44,081 nucleotides of DNA. It comes from Fimicolochytrium jonesii (taxonomy: Eukaryota). Location of the stretch: the NCBI RefSeq assembly GCF_025526975.1, contig NW_026515672.1, positions 1,178,001-1,222,081 on the forward strand. The letters are read 5' to 3'. The number at the start of each line of letters is the position of its first letter. Within the stretch, counting starts at the first letter, position 1. Made by a program: the position numbers and the translations under genes. The notes below the pieces were generated by a model. The model ran no database searches, was not told where the DNA came from, and worked only from the letters and a program-made list of their open reading frames with translations. Positions 43,908-44,081 of this stretch are shown here, in pieces.

Positions 43908-44081
43908 TTAGGGTTAGGGTTAGGGTTAGGGTTAGGGTTAGGGTTAGGGTTAGGGTTAGGGTTAGGGTTAGGGTTAGGGTTAGGGTTAGGGTAGGGTTAG
44001 GGTTAGGGTTAGGGTTAGGGTTAGGGTTAGGGTTAGGGTTAGGGTTAGGGTTAGGGTTAGGGTTAGGGTTAGGGTTAGGGT
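43908..44081 (+). repeat. Terminal telomeric tract 3, running to the window end (probable chromosome end)
   Basis: (TTAGGG)n with the G-rich strand running toward the right end; one TAGGG variant near 43992. Confidence 0.97.

Overview
Intron-rich fungal genomic DNA ending in a (TTAGGG)n telomere. Short GT-AG introns with CTRAC branch points, plus NSUN7- and PDXDC1-like genes, suggest a zoosporic fungus such as a chytrid (inference). About 1-32.3 kb is a dense core: PNO1 with an intronic C/D snoRNA, a flavin-reductase fusion, NSUN7-like, a large mitochondrial PPR protein, PEX1, IES6, a 7TM receptor-like gene, PDXDC1-like with a DEK-C tail, and CDC48. About 32.8-44 kb is subtelomeric: decayed ORFs, a disabled PD-(D/E)XK-family gene, an F-box gene, a Pro/Gln/Cys-rich BRI3-like gene, and a disabled kinase + coiled-coil + cyclophilin fusion. 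That fusion is cut off by telomere repeats starting exactly at an intron 3' splice site. The telomere is interrupted by two non-telomeric inserts with matching proximal junctions. All gene models were spliced and translated by eye; family assignments rest on recalled motifs, not database searches.
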